Of a stretch of DNA of 64,000 nt, positions 8,649 through 18,513 are shown piece by piece (the first letter of the stretch is position 1; each line of letters opens with the position of its first letter). The position numbers were made by a program, and so were the translations under genes. The stretch is taken from NCBI GenBank assembly GCA_051646105.1, contig JBOFCO010000234.1, forward strand, positions 14,000 through 77,999, given 5' to 3'. This DNA is from Paracoccaceae bacterium. Lineage in GTDB: Bacteria; Pseudomonadota; Alphaproteobacteria; Rhodobacterales; Rhodobacteraceae. A model generated the notes under the pieces. The model did no database searches. It was not told the DNA's origin and saw nothing but the letters and a program-made list of their open reading frames with translations.

Positions 8649-9338
8649 ATGCAGACTTTCGACCTTGGAGCAGAGGGCCTGCGGGCGCTTAATGCTGCGC
8701 TACATGCCCTGAAGGGTCAGACCAACAGTACGGCGTGGGAGGTCATCAACCCCAAGGGTGCGCATGCGATAGCGGCCGGTGTTGATGCACCGGTGGAAAT
8801 CACCGTGCGGGGATCAACGGGCTATTACTGCGCAGGCATGAACAAGCAGGCGACGATCCGCATCAAGGGATCGGCGGGGCCTGGCGTGGCCGAAAACATC
8901 ATGTCGGGCGCGGTCATCATCGATGGCGATGCAAGCCAGTATGCCGGGGCTACCGGCAGGGGCGGCCTGCTTGTCGTCAAGGGCAATGCGTCAAGCCGGT
9001 GCGGGATTTCGATGAAGGGCATCGACATCGTGGTGCATGGCAACATCGGCCATATGTCGGCCTTCATGGCGCAGTCGGGCAATCTCGTCGTATTGGGCGA
9101 TGCTGGCGAAGCACTGGGCGACAGCCTGTACGAGGCACGGCTTTTCGTGCGGGGCAAGGTGAAATCCCTGGGCACCGACTGCATCGAAAAGGAAATGCGG
9201 TCGGAACACTATGCCATTCTGGAGGATCTTTTGCGCCGCGGCGAAGCCGATGCAAAGGCCAAACCCGAAGAATTCCGCCGCTACGGTTCGGCCCGCAAGC
9301 TTTACAATTTCAACGTCGACAACGCATCAGCGTATTAA
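8649..9338 (+). CDS. mgsB: N-methylglutamate synthase subunit B (GXGXG-motif, glutamate synthase beta-helix-like domain)
   Basis: Repetitive G-rich beta-helix signature (GSAGPGVAENIMSGAVIIDGDASQYAGATGRGGLLVVKGNAS...VVHGNIGHMSAF). The ATG at 8649 lies 5 nt after the mgsA stop. Confidence 0.85.
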   Translation: MQTFDLGAEGLRALNAALHALKGQTNSTAWEVINPKGAHAIAAGVDAPVEITVRGSTGYYCAGMNKQATIRIKGSAGPGVAENIMSGAVIIDGDASQYAGATGRGGLLVVKGNASSRCGISMKGIDIVVHGNIGHMSAFMAQSGNLVVLGDAGEALGDSLYEARLFVRGKVKSLGTDCIEKEMRSEHYAILEDLLRRGEADAKAKPEEFRRYGSARKLYNFNVDNASAY

Positions 9339-9351
9339 GGCAGCTCCCAGA

Positions 9352-10680
9352 ATGACCGATTTTCCCCGCACTCCGCCGCGTTTTTCGGCCACTTTCACAC
9401 CTGCGGTGAACGCCGAAATCCGCCGGGCAGCGGCATCCGGCATCTATGATATTCGCGGTGGTGGTACGAAACGCCACCTACCGCATTTCGACGACCTGCT
9501 GTTCCTTGGTGCCTCGATCAGCCGCTATCCGCTTGAAGGCTACCGCGAGAAATGCGCGACCGATGTGTGGCTGGGCACCCGTCATGCCAAAAGACCGATA
9601 CACCTCGATATCCCCGTCACGATTGCAGGGATGAGCTTCGGCGCGCTGTCCGGCCCCGCGAAAGAGGCGCTCGGGCGTGGTGCTTCGGAAGCGGGCACAT
9701 CGACCACCACCGGCGACGGCGGCATGACCGAGGAAGAGCGCGGCCATTCCAGGACATTGGTCTATCAATACCTGCCTAGCCGCTATGGCATGAACCCCGA
9801 CGACCTGCGTCGCGCCGATGCGATTGAAATCGTCGTTGGTCAGGGTGCCAAACCCGGCGGCGGCGGGATGCTGCTGGGGCAAAAGATTTCCGACCGCGTG
9901 GCGAACATGCGCAATCTTCCCAAGGGGATCGATCAACGGTCTGCCTGCCGCCACCCCGACTGGACCGGGCCGGATGATCTTGAAATCAAGATCATGGAAC
10001 TGCGCGAGATCACCGATTGGGAAAAGCCGATCTACGTCAAGGTCGGTGGGGCGCGGCCCTATTACGACACGGCGCTGGCGGTGAAGGCCGGGGCGGATGT
10101 CGTGGTGGTGGACGGCATGCAGGGCGGCACAGCGGCAACACAGGACGTGTTCATCGAACATGTCGGGATGCCGATCCTTGCCTGTATCCCGCAGGCGGTG
10201 AAGGCGCTGCAAGACCTGGGGATGCACCGCAAGGTGCAACTGATCGTATCGGGTGGCATCCGTTCCGGCGCCGATGTGGCCAAGGCCATGGCGATGGGGG
10301 CCGATGCGGTGGCCATCGGCACGGCGGCGCTGATCGCCTTGGGCGACAACGACCCGAAATGGGAAGAAGAATATCAGAAGCTTGGGACAACCGCCGACGC
10401 CTATGACGACTGGCACGAAGGCCGCGATCCCGCAGGCATCACCACACAGGATCCGGAGCTGTTCAAACGTTTCGATCCGGTGCTGGGCGGGCGGCGACTG
10501 AAGAACTATCTGAAGGTGATGACGCTGGAGGCGCAGACCATCGCGCGGGCCTGCGGCAAGAACCATCTGCACAATCTGGAACCCGAAGACCTGTGCGCGC
10601 TGACCATCGAGGCGGCGGCCATGGCAGGGGTTCCGCTGGCGGGAACGAACTGGATCCCCGGTCGGAATGGTGGCTTCTGA
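9352..10680 (+). CDS. mgsC: N-methylglutamate synthase subunit C (FMN-binding glutamate synthase central-domain-like)
   Basis: GltB-type FMN domain signature IEIVVGQGAKPGGGGMLLGQK and GGIRSGADVAKAMAMGADAV. Start taken at MTDFPRTPP (aa 48 of ORF 9211..10680). Confidence 0.85.
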   Translation: MTDFPRTPPRFSATFTPAVNAEIRRAAASGIYDIRGGGTKRHLPHFDDLLFLGASISRYPLEGYREKCATDVWLGTRHAKRPIHLDIPVTIAGMSFGALSGPAKEALGRGASEAGTSTTTGDGGMTEEERGHSRTLVYQYLPSRYGMNPDDLRRADAIEIVVGQGAKPGGGGMLLGQKISDRVANMRNLPKGIDQRSACRHPDWTGPDDLEIKIMELREITDWEKPIYVKVGGARPYYDTALAVKAGADVVVVDGMQGGTAATQDVFIEHVGMPILACIPQAVKALQDLGMHRKVQLIVSGGIRSGADVAKAMAMGADAVAIGTAALIALGDNDPKWEEEYQKLGTTADAYDDWHEGRDPAGITTQDPELFKRFDPVLGGRRLKNYLKVMTLEAQTIARACGKNHLHNLEPEDLCALTIEAAAMAGVPLAGTNWIPGRNGGF

Positions 10681-10720
10681 CGCAGCGGGTCTGAACATAA
10701 TAACGACGGGGAGTTCAATA

Positions 10721-12028
10721 ATGGTCAAAGACCTTGCCAAATGGGCGAAGGACAAGGGCGTAAAGTATTTCATGATCTCCTACACCGACCTTTTCGGTGG
10801 GCAACGGGCCAAGCTGGTGCCGATGCAGGCGATCAACGACATGGCGGAAGAGGGCGCGGGTTTCGCCGGGTTCGCCACCTGGCTTGATCTGACCCCGGCG
10901 CATCCCGACCTGATGGCGGTGCCAGACCCCGCATCTGTGATCCAGTTGCCATGGAAGAAAGACGTGGCCTGGGTCGCCGCCCGCGCGACGATGGAAGGCA
11001 AGCTGGTCGATCAGGCCCCGCGCAACGTGCTGGAAAAGCTGGTTGCCGAAGCGGCGAAGGAAGGCCTGCGGGTCAAGACGGGGGTGGAGCCGGAATTCTT
11101 CATCCTGAATGCCGATGGGTCCGCCGCATCCGATATTTACGATACCGCCGAAAAGCCTTGCTACGACCAGCAGGCGGTGATGCGCCGCTATGACGTGATT
11201 TCCGAAATCTGCGACTACATGCTGGAACTGGGCTGGGAACCCTATCAGAACGACCATGAGGACGCGATCGGCCAGTTCGAGATGAACTGGAAATACGACG
11301 ATGCGCTGGCCACCGCCGACAAGCACAGCTTTTTCAAGTTCATGGTGAAGTCGATCAGCGAAAAGCACGGCTTTCGCGCCACCTTCATGCCGAAGCCGTT
11401 CAAGGGGCTGACGGGATCCGGCTGCCATGCGCATATTTCCGTCTGGTCGATGGACGGGAAAAGCAATGCTTTTGCCGACGACAAGAAGGAACTGGGCCTG
11501 TCTGACCGTGGCCGCACCTTCCTTGGCGGCATCATGAAGCACGCGAGCGCCCTGGCCGCGATCACCAACCCGACGGTGAACAGCTACAAGCGGATCAACG
11601 CGCCGCGTACCACCTCGGGCGCGACCTGGGCACCGAACACGGTGACGTGGACCGGCAACAACCGCACCCATATGGTGCGCGTGCCGGGACCGGGGCGGTT
11701 TGAACTGCGCCTGCCCGATGGTGCGGCGAACCCCTATCTGTTGCAGGCGGTTATCATCGCGGCGGGGCTGGATGGCGTGCGGTCCAAGGCCGACCCGGGG
11801 AGGCGCTATGACATCGACATGTATCAGATGGGCCATACGGTTAAGAACGCGCCGAAGCTGCCGCTGAACCTGCTGGATGCTCTGCGGGAATATGACCGTG
11901 ACAAGACACTGAAGGCGATGATGGGCGAGGAGTTTTCGACCGCATTCCTAAAGCTGAAGCAACAGGAATGGAACAGCTACGCTGCCCACTTCTCGGCCTG
12001 GGAAACCGAAAACACGCTGGATATCTGA
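10721..12028 (+). CDS. gmaS: Gamma-glutamylmethylamide synthetase (glutamine-synthetase type III-like)
   Basis: 435-aa GS-fold protein (YFMISYTDLFGGQRAKLVP, GSGCHAHISVW, NSYKRI). It immediately follows mgsABC. Confidence 0.85.
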   Translation: MVKDLAKWAKDKGVKYFMISYTDLFGGQRAKLVPMQAINDMAEEGAGFAGFATWLDLTPAHPDLMAVPDPASVIQLPWKKDVAWVAARATMEGKLVDQAPRNVLEKLVAEAAKEGLRVKTGVEPEFFILNADGSAASDIYDTAEKPCYDQQAVMRRYDVISEICDYMLELGWEPYQNDHEDAIGQFEMNWKYDDALATADKHSFFKFMVKSISEKHGFRATFMPKPFKGLTGSGCHAHISVWSMDGKSNAFADDKKELGLSDRGRTFLGGIMKHASALAAITNPTVNSYKRINAPRTTSGATWAPNTVTWTGNNRTHMVRVPGPGRFELRLPDGAANPYLLQAVIIAAGLDGVRSKADPGRRYDIDMYQMGHTVKNAPKLPLNLLDALREYDRDKTLKAMMGEEFSTAFLKLKQQEWNSYAAHFSAWETENTLDI

Positions 12029-12070
12029 TCCCCCACGGTCCGGCGTGATCCGGCCCCGGCGCGTCCGACA

Positions 12071-12865
12071 TTGGCGGGCCGGGGTCGTCGGCGCCCGTTC
12101 TTGCCGCTTTTCCCTTGTGACCGCCGCTGCTACAACCGTCAGGCCTTACACAGGACGACGGAGGGTGCCATTTCACGGGCGGAACGACTGTTGAACCTGA
12201 TCGAGGAATTCAGGTGCCATCGTCGCCCGGTTTCCGGAAGCGATCTGTCAGAGACCGTGGGTGTTTCGATCCGCACGCTGTATCGCGACATTGCATCGCT
12301 AAGGGCGCTTGGTGCCTGCATCGAGGGCGAACCGGGCATTGGCTATGTCCTGCGGTCCGGTTTTCTGCTACCCCCCGTGATGTTCACTGTCGAGGAAGTT
12401 GACGCACTTATCCTGGGTTCGCGCTGGGTTGCCGACCGGGCCGACAAACCGTTGGCCGAAGCCGCACGCAGGGCCATGGCGCGGCTGACGGCGATCATGC
12501 CGGATGAACTGGCCAGACGTGTCGAGGCGCAGTATCTGGTCATCGGGCCGAACGACAGTCTGACACATGAAACGGTCGATATGACCGTCATCCGGCAGGC
12601 TATTCATCTGGAACGCAGGCTGGGCATCCAGTACAGCGACGCGGATGGCAGGGCTTCGGAACGCATCATCTGGCCGTTTCTGATCAACTATTTCGACGGC
12701 GTCCGGCTGATTTCGGCATGGTGCGAGTTGCGGAATGACTTTCGCCATTTCCGGACCGACCGGATCGCATCACTGACGGAAATCGCATCCCGGTACCCGC
12801 AACGGCGTCACGATCTTATCCGGCGGTGGAGAGAGATCGACCGTTGTGGTGCGGCGCTTATCTGA
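12071..12865 (+). CDS. YafY-family transcriptional regulator (HTH plus WYL domain)
   Basis: SRAERLLNLIEEF...VSIRTLYRDIASLRALG HTH. WYL-type C-terminal half (IQYSDADGRASERIIWPFLINYFDGVRLISAWCELRNDFRHFRTDRI). The start is uncertain: TTG at 12071, or an internal non-canonical start just before ISRAERLL preceded by GGAGGG. Confidence 0.75.
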   Translation: MAGRGRRRPFLPLFPCDRRCYNRQALHRTTEGAISRAERLLNLIEEFRCHRRPVSGSDLSETVGVSIRTLYRDIASLRALGACIEGEPGIGYVLRSGFLLPPVMFTVEEVDALILGSRWVADRADKPLAEAARRAMARLTAIMPDELARRVEAQYLVIGPNDSLTHETVDMTVIRQAIHLERRLGIQYSDADGRASERIIWPFLINYFDGVRLISAWCELRNDFRHFRTDRIASLTEIASRYPQRRHDLIRRWREIDRCGAALI

Positions 12866-12925
12866 CTGCTGCCACTTTCTGACAGGCGGTTGGTCTAGCT
12901 TTCCCTGACAACCAGAGGAAAGCAG

Positions 12926-13417
12926 ATGCCGTCAAAGATCATTTTCCCGCTCATATGCCTGTCGTTCATGCTGTCCGGCGTGCCGTCAGCCCATGCCCAA
13001 TCCCAGACAGACGAAGGAACCGAAATAATGGACCACGCCCGGATTCAATCCGCCATCGATACGAACAACGCCGCTGTGGCCGCACAGGATATGGCGGGTA
13101 TTCTTGCCACATATGAACCTGATGCCGTGCTTGTCGTGCAGCCTGGAATACCCGTGCAAGGTACGTCTGCACTGCGCGAGGGCTTCGGCCAGTTCCTTGC
13201 GCTTGATCCACAGCTTGCCGTGACGGGACATGACATAGTTCAGGCAGGTGACATCGCGCTTCATACCTATACCTGGAAAATGTCGGGCAAAGCGCCTGAT
13301 GGCACCGCGATCGAGCAGACCGGGTTGTCTGTCGTGGTGTTGCGCAGACAGGCAGACGGGCGGTGGCTGATGGTCATCGACAACCCGTTTGGCGATCACC
13401 TGCTGGGCAAGAGCTGA
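12926..13417 (+). CDS. Secreted SnoaL/DUF4440-like (NTF2-fold) protein
   Basis: Signal peptide MPSKIIFPLICLSFMLSGVPSAHA followed by an NTF2-like pattern (IDTNNAAVAAQDMAGILATYEPDAVLV...GRWLMVIDNPF). Confidence 0.6.
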   Translation: MPSKIIFPLICLSFMLSGVPSAHAQSQTDEGTEIMDHARIQSAIDTNNAAVAAQDMAGILATYEPDAVLVVQPGIPVQGTSALREGFGQFLALDPQLAVTGHDIVQAGDIALHTYTWKMSGKAPDGTAIEQTGLSVVVLRRQADGRWLMVIDNPFGDHLLGKS

Positions 13418-13433
13418 CAGCTTTTGCTGATGC

Positions 13434-13468
13434 CGGTCCCGGTGCGCCTTGTTGGTGGTCCGGGACCG
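13434..13468 (+). terminator. Possible hairpin terminator after the DUF4440-like gene
   Basis: CGGTCCCGG ... CCGGGACCG is a 9-bp stem with a ~17-nt loop. Only a weak T-tract follows. Confidence 0.3.
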
Positions 13469-13646
13469 TTGGTTGCTGGCTGGCTGCCGCTGTGTCTGCA
13501 GGTGTTGCCTGCCAAACGGCCAGACAACTGGTCATATGCCGATTTCAATGTTTACCATGAGGAAGAAGATTTGACACACACGCAACGCCTCTTTTAGGCT
13601 TTCCGGCAGAGCAGCGCGCGAACCCTGCCAGCATCCGGAGGTTTTC

Positions 13647-14990
13647 ATGAAGAAGAGAGTTGCAGTGATCGGTGCGGGGCCGTCCGGTCTTGCGCAGTTA
13701 CGGGCGTTTCAGTCGGCGCGGAACAAGGGCGCGGATATTCCGGAAATCGTCTGTTTTGAAAAGCAGGGCAACTGGGGTGGATTGTGGAACTACACGTGGC
13801 GCACCGGGCTGGATGAGCATGGCGAGCCTGTGCATTGCTCGATGTATCGCTACCTGTGGTCGAACGGACCGAAAGAGGGTCTGGAATTTGCCGACTATTC
13901 TTTCGAGGAACATTTCGGCAAACAGATCGCCAGCTATCCGCCGCGGGCCGTTCTGTTCGACTATATCGAAGGCCGGGTGAAAAAGGCGGGCGTGCGCGAC
14001 TGGATCAGGTTCCATACGCCGGTGCGCTTTGTCCGCTACGATCAGGCGAAGGGTAATTTCACCGTCACCGCGCACGATATGGTCAACGACCGGATGTATG
14101 AGGAAGAGTTCGACAACGTCATCGTATGTTCGGGCCATTTCTCGGTGCCGAACGTCCCCGAATACCCCGGTTTTTCCAAATTCGGCGGGCGCGTCCTGCA
14201 TGCCCATGATTTCCGCGACGCGATGGAGTTCAAGGGCAAGGACCTGCTTCTGCTCGGGTCATCCTATTCGGCAGAGGATATCGGTTCGCAGTGCTGGAAA
14301 TACGGTGCGAAATCGATCACCGTCGCCTATCGCAACGCGCCAATGGGATACAACTGGCCCGACAACTGGAAAGAGGTGCCAAAGCTGGAACGGGTGGATG
14401 AAACCACCGCCTATTTTGCCGACGGCACCAGCAAAAAGGTCGACGCGATCATCCTGTGTACGGGATACAAGCACCACTTCCCCTTCCTGCCCGACGACCT
14501 GCGCCTGAAAACCGCGAACCGGCTGGCCACCGCCGATCTGTATAAGGGCGTGGTCTGGGTGCATAATCCCAAGCTGTTCTATGTCGGCATGCAGGACCAG
14601 TGGTTCACCTTCAACATGTTCGACGCGCAGGCGTGGTGGGTGCGCGACGCGATCATGGGACGGATTGCCATCCCTTCCGACAAGAAGCTGTTGCAGAAAG
14701 ACGTAACGGATCGCGTGGCGGGTGAGGATGCCGGTGAGGATGCGCATGACGCCATCCACTATCAAGGCGATTATGTGAAGGAACTGATTGCCGAAACCGA
14801 CTACCCAACTTTTGATGTCGATGGGGCCTGCGAAGCCTTCTACGAGTGGAAGGAACACAAGAAGCAGGACATCATGGCCTTCCGCAACCATGCCTATCGT
14901 TCGGTCATCACCGGCACCATGGCACCGGTGCATCATACACCGTGGAAGGACGCGCTGGAGGATTCCATGGAAAGCTATCTGAAGAACTGA
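13647..14990 (+). CDS. tmm: Trimethylamine monooxygenase (bacterial flavin-containing monooxygenase)
   Basis: FAD motif [12 protein letters not shown]-identifying motif [11 protein letters not shown] (FxGxxxHxxxF), second dinucleotide motif [11 protein letters not shown]. 447 aa, typical of marine/alphaproteobacterial Tmm. GGAGG RBS. Confidence 0.9.
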   Translation: MKKRVAVIGAGPSGLAQLRAFQSARNKGADIPEIVCFEKQGNWGGLWNYTWRTGLDEHGEPVHCSMYRYLWSNGPKEGLEFADYSFEEHFGKQIASYPPRAVLFDYIEGRVKKAGVRDWIRFHTPVRFVRYDQAKGNFTVTAHDMVNDRMYEEEFDNVIVCSGHFSVPNVPEYPGFSKFGGRVLHAHDFRDAMEFKGKDLLLLGSSYSAEDIGSQCWKYGAKSITVAYRNAPMGYNWPDNWKEVPKLERVDETTAYFADGTSKKVDAIILCTGYKHHFPFLPDDLRLKTANRLATADLYKGVVWVHNPKLFYVGMQDQWFTFNMFDAQAWWVRDAIMGRIAIPSDKKLLQKDVTDRVAGEDAGEDAHDAIHYQGDYVKELIAETDYPTFDVDGACEAFYEWKEHKKQDIMAFRNHAYRSVITGTMAPVHHTPWKDALEDSMESYLKN

Positions 14991-15011
14991 CCGGAAATTC
15001 GGCGACAGAAA

Positions 15012-15043
15012 GGCCCCGGAAACTGCCGGGGCCTTTTCTTTTT
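15012..15043 (+). terminator. Rho-independent terminator of tmm
   Basis: GGCCCCGG-aaactg-CCGGGGCC stem-loop followed by TTTTCTTTTT. Confidence 0.65.
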
Positions 15044-15350
15044 GCAGGTTAAAAACAGATGTGGGTTCCAAGCTAACACTAGGAAACAATTTTTCGCCTA
15101 AATTAAAATTTTCTCGCAAACATGCCGCGCCCGTGCTTTCTTTCGCGTATCGGGTCGTCGGAGATACCCGCAGGTGGGTTGCCGAAGGCCCGATCGAAGG
15201 GGATGCGGGAACAAGGAGATGGCTCAAGGCCGCTGCGGGCGACGCAGGGCCTGCCCATGCCGGATCAATCAGACATCGAAGCGCGGCATCTTGGCCATCC
15301 GCAAGCGGAAGCCATTCGCATAAGCCGCCGGTTCAACAGGAGTGAGGGAA

Positions 15351-17138
15351 ATGACAACGACGGAATACGTGTCGGGGGAACACGCTTCGGGCCAGATGGT
15401 CCGGGCGCTCGACTGGAAGGGTGCGTTCTGGGTTGCGGCGGGTGTGCCGCCACTGGTGTTGTTTTCGATCGGCGGCATTGCAGGAACCACCGGAAAGCTG
15501 GCCTTTCTGGTCTGGATCATCTCGATGGTGATGGGCTTTCTGCAAAGCTTCACCTATGCGGAAATGGCCGGGATGTTCGGCAACAAATCCGGCGGTACCT
15601 CCGTTTATGGCGCTACGGCCTGGCTGCGCTACTCCAAGCTGATCGCGCCGCTGTCGGTCTGGTGCAACTGGTTCGCCTGGTCGCCGGTGCTGTCTTTGGG
15701 CTGCGCGATAGCAGCGGGCTATATCCTGAACGCGCTGTTCCCGATCCCGCTTGCCGAAAGTCAGCAGGTTGTGGACTGGATCGCCGCGAATATCGGCAGC
15801 TACACGGCGGAAACCCAATCGGTCGTCGACTATATCAAGGCGAATGCGGGGACCGGCGTCGAGGACGCCATCAAGGCCGTTGCCGCAGCCGACGGTGTCG
15901 CAGCCCTTACCCCGGCCTTCCGGGTATGGGAGGCCTTCAACATCACTATCCCCGGCCTTGGCACGCTGCACTTCAACTCAACCTTCATCATCGGCGTCCT
16001 TCTGATGCTGCTCATCCTTCTGATCCAGCATCGTGGCATCGCATCGACCGCGAGTGCGCAGAAATGGCTGGCGATCATAGTGCTTGTGCCGCTGCTGCTG
16101 GTTGGGCTTGTGCCGATCTTTACCGGCGCAATCAATTCAGCCAATGTCACCAACCTGCTGCCGCCAACCGCAGCCTATTCCGGCGTGGACGGGGAGTGGA
16201 ACATTGGCGGCTGGACGCTGTTCCTTGGCGGGCTCTATATCGCGGCCTGGTCGACGTACGGCTTTGAAACCGCAGTCTGCTATACCCGCGAACTGAAGGA
16301 CCCGCGGCGCGATACTTTCCGGGCGATCTTCTATTCGGGGCTGCTGTGCTGCGTCTTCTTCTTCCTGATCCCGTACTCGTTCCAGGGTGTTCTGGGTATG
16401 GAAGGCATGCTGGCGACCGGCATCGTCGACGGCACCGGCATCGGTGAAGCGCTTGGCAACATGATTGGCGGCGGCAAGGTCGTTACCCAGATCTTCGTGA
16501 TCCTGATGATCCTTGCGCTGTTCCTGGCGATCATGACCGCGATGGCGGGGTCGTCGCGCACGCTGTACCAGGGTTCCCGCGATGGATGGCTGCCGAAATA
16601 TCTGGGCGACCTGAACAGCCACGGCGCCCCGTCCAAGGCGATGTGGACCGACTTCGGCTTCAACGTCATCCTGCTGGCGCTGGCATCCGACATTGTGGGC
16701 TACTTCTATGTGCTCGCCATTTCCAACGTCGGTTACATCCTCTTCAACTTCCTGAACCTGAATGCCGGGTGGATCCACCGCATCGATTCGCCACATATGG
16801 ATCGCCCGTGGAAAGCACCCGGTTGGCTGATCGGGTTGAACACCATCCTTGCTTTCGTGAATGCCCTTTTTCTGGGCGCAGGTGCAAAGGTATGGGGTTA
16901 TGAAAACGCGCTGTGGTCAGGGCTGGCTTTCGCGGCTTTGATCTTCCCCGTGTTCTGGTATCGCCACTATTTGCAGGATGGCGGCAGGTTCCCGAAGGAG
17001 GCCTATGACGATCTTGGCCTGAAAGAAGGCGATCTTGGCGAGCGCAGGGCCGGGATGCTGCCTTATCTGGCACTGTTGGCTGGTGCCGCTGTGGTGCTGT
17101 GGGCAAACTGGTTCTTTGTCCTGCCAACCCCAGGCTGA
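15351..17138 (+). CDS. APC-superfamily permease (about 595 aa, 12+ helices), substrate unknown
   Basis: ORF 15342..17138. The ATG at 15351 is preceded by AGGAG. Multi-helix hydrophobic profile with an APC-like N-terminal region (FWVAAGVPPLVLFSIGGIAGTTGKLAFLVWIISMVMGFLQSFTYAEMAGMF). Confidence 0.8.
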   Translation: MTTTEYVSGEHASGQMVRALDWKGAFWVAAGVPPLVLFSIGGIAGTTGKLAFLVWIISMVMGFLQSFTYAEMAGMFGNKSGGTSVYGATAWLRYSKLIAPLSVWCNWFAWSPVLSLGCAIAAGYILNALFPIPLAESQQVVDWIAANIGSYTAETQSVVDYIKANAGTGVEDAIKAVAAADGVAALTPAFRVWEAFNITIPGLGTLHFNSTFIIGVLLMLLILLIQHRGIASTASAQKWLAIIVLVPLLLVGLVPIFTGAINSANVTNLLPPTAAYSGVDGEWNIGGWTLFLGGLYIAAWSTYGFETAVCYTRELKDPRRDTFRAIFYSGLLCCVFFFLIPYSFQGVLGMEGMLATGIVDGTGIGEALGNMIGGGKVVTQIFVILMILALFLAIMTAMAGSSRTLYQGSRDGWLPKYLGDLNSHGAPSKAMWTDFGFNVILLALASDIVGYFYVLAISNVGYILFNFLNLNAGWIHRIDSPHMDRPWKAPGWLIGLNTILAFVNALFLGAGAKVWGYENALWSGLAFAALIFPVFWYRHYLQDGGRFPKEAYDDLGLKEGDLGERRAGMLPYLALLAGAAVVLWANWFFVLPTPG

Positions 17139-17151
17139 GTGTGAAGGATCC

Positions 17152-17178
17152 AAAAAGGGGGCTTCGGCCCCCTTTTTT
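17152..17178. terminator. Strong bidirectional-looking rho-independent terminator
   Basis: AAAAAGGGGGC-TTCG-GCCCCCTTTTTT: perfect 6-bp GC stem, TTCG loop, T6 tail and a leading A-run. Confidence 0.8.
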
Positions 17179-17187
17179 GCTGGTCAG

Positions 17188-17209
17188 ATGTTTTCTCACA
17201 AGAAAATAT
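17188..17209. promoter_or_regulatory. Inverted repeat TTTTCT-CACA-AGAAAA upstream of dmmD
   Basis: ATGTTTTCTCACAAGAAAATAT read directly, about 80 nt upstream of the dmmD ATG in an AT-rich stretch. It shares the TTTCTCAC core with the mgsA upstream palindrome. Confidence 0.35.
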
Positions 17210-17287
17210 GTTGAACTTCATTATTGATTTCCGTCGCAACTCCCCACAGACTTGGCGAAAATCACATGAGAAACGGGGAGCCCGCAG

Positions 17288-18427
17288 ATGACCAATTCAT
17301 GGCGTTTTTCGACCCTGATCGACCGCCACCGTGCCCTGGGGTCGGATCTGGAAGACTGGAGCGGCATGGGCACCGCATGGTCCTATTCCAAGGGTGACCC
17401 GGATGCCGAATACATGGCGATCCGCACCAAGGCGGGGCTGATGGATGTGTCTGGGCTGAAGAAGGTGCATATCACCGGCCATGCGGCCAGCCACATCATC
17501 GACCGGGCCACAACGCGCGATCCGGAAAAGCTGATGCCCGGGCGCGCGATCTATGCGTCGATGCTGAACGACGCGGGCAAGTTCGTGGACGATTGCATCA
17601 TCTACCGGATGGGGCCGAACTCTTACACCGTCGTCCACGGCTCCGGTCAGGGGCATGAGCAGTTGACGATGGCAGCAACCGGGCGGGATGTTTCGCTGCG
17701 GTTTGACGACAACCTGCACGACCTGTCTTTGCAAGGCCCGCTGGCGGTGGATTATCTGGAAAAGCATATCCCCGGTGTCCGCGCGCTGCCCTACATGAGC
17801 CATATGCCGGCATCGCTGTTCGGCAAGCCGATCACCCTGTCACGCACCGGCTATACCGGCGAGCGGGGCTATGAAATCTTCGTTCGTGGCCAGGATGCTG
17901 TAGAGGTCTGGGACCGTATTCTGGACGAAGGGAAATCGATGGGCATCATCCCCTGCCGTTTCACCACGCTGGATATGTTGCGCACCGAAAGCTATTTGCT
18001 GTTCTTCCCCTTCGACAATTCGGAAATGTACCCGTTCGAAGACGAAGGCCCCGGCGATACGCTTTGGGAACTCGGGCTCGACTTTACCGTTACACCCGGC
18101 AAGACCGGCTTCCGCGGAGCGGAGGAGCACTACCGCCTGAAGGGCAAGGAACGCTTCAAGATCTGGGGCCTGAAGCTGGAGGGCAAGAATGTTCCCGGCA
18201 ACGGCGCACCGGTGTTCCGCGACGGGAAAAAGGTCGGTGTGGTTACGCAGGCGATGTATTCGCCGCTGAACAAGCACAACATCGCCATTGCCCGACTGCC
18301 GGTTGACTGTGCGAATGACGGCACCAAACTGGAAGTGCGCTGCGGCACGCATGGGCCCATCGCAGCAACCACCCATTCGATGCCCTTCTTCGACCCCGAA
18401 AAAAAGCGCCGGACGGCAAAGGGCTGA
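17288..18427 (+). CDS. dmmD: Dimethylamine monooxygenase subunit DmmD (GcvT-like, tetrahydrofolate-binding)
   Basis: Aminomethyltransferase-family motifs (GLMDVSGLKKVHITG, SRTGYTGERGYEIFV). First gene of a GcvT-like / small Cys-rich / FNR-2Fe2S / DUF3445 tetrad, which is the dmmDABC layout. Confidence 0.8.
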   Translation: MTNSWRFSTLIDRHRALGSDLEDWSGMGTAWSYSKGDPDAEYMAIRTKAGLMDVSGLKKVHITGHAASHIIDRATTRDPEKLMPGRAIYASMLNDAGKFVDDCIIYRMGPNSYTVVHGSGQGHEQLTMAATGRDVSLRFDDNLHDLSLQGPLAVDYLEKHIPGVRALPYMSHMPASLFGKPITLSRTGYTGERGYEIFVRGQDAVEVWDRILDEGKSMGIIPCRFTTLDMLRTESYLLFFPFDNSEMYPFEDEGPGDTLWELGLDFTVTPGKTGFRGAEEHYRLKGKERFKIWGLKLEGKNVPGNGAPVFRDGKKVGVVTQAMYSPLNKHNIAIARLPVDCANDGTKLEVRCGTHGPIAATTHSMPFFDPEKKRRTAKG

Positions 18428-18513
18428 ACCGCATCACTGTTCCGGTCGGGGCCAGTCGGCGCGGACAGGGGCCTTGACCGGGGCAGGATGCGGACCATGA
18501 CGGACAGGAACGA

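Noticed and set aside
15061-15345. 94-aa ORF (and the overlapping ORF starting at 15122) in the leader of the APC permease; also a possible glycine-riboswitch-like element (GGAGAT...GCCGAAGG...CTCAAGGC)
   Set aside because: The ORFs have lower GC3 than neighbouring genes and no recognisable product. The riboswitch resemblance is limited to short fragments and lacks the conserved 3' CUCAGGCAAAAGGAC-type element, so I cannot support either call. The region is kept only as an unexplained long leader.
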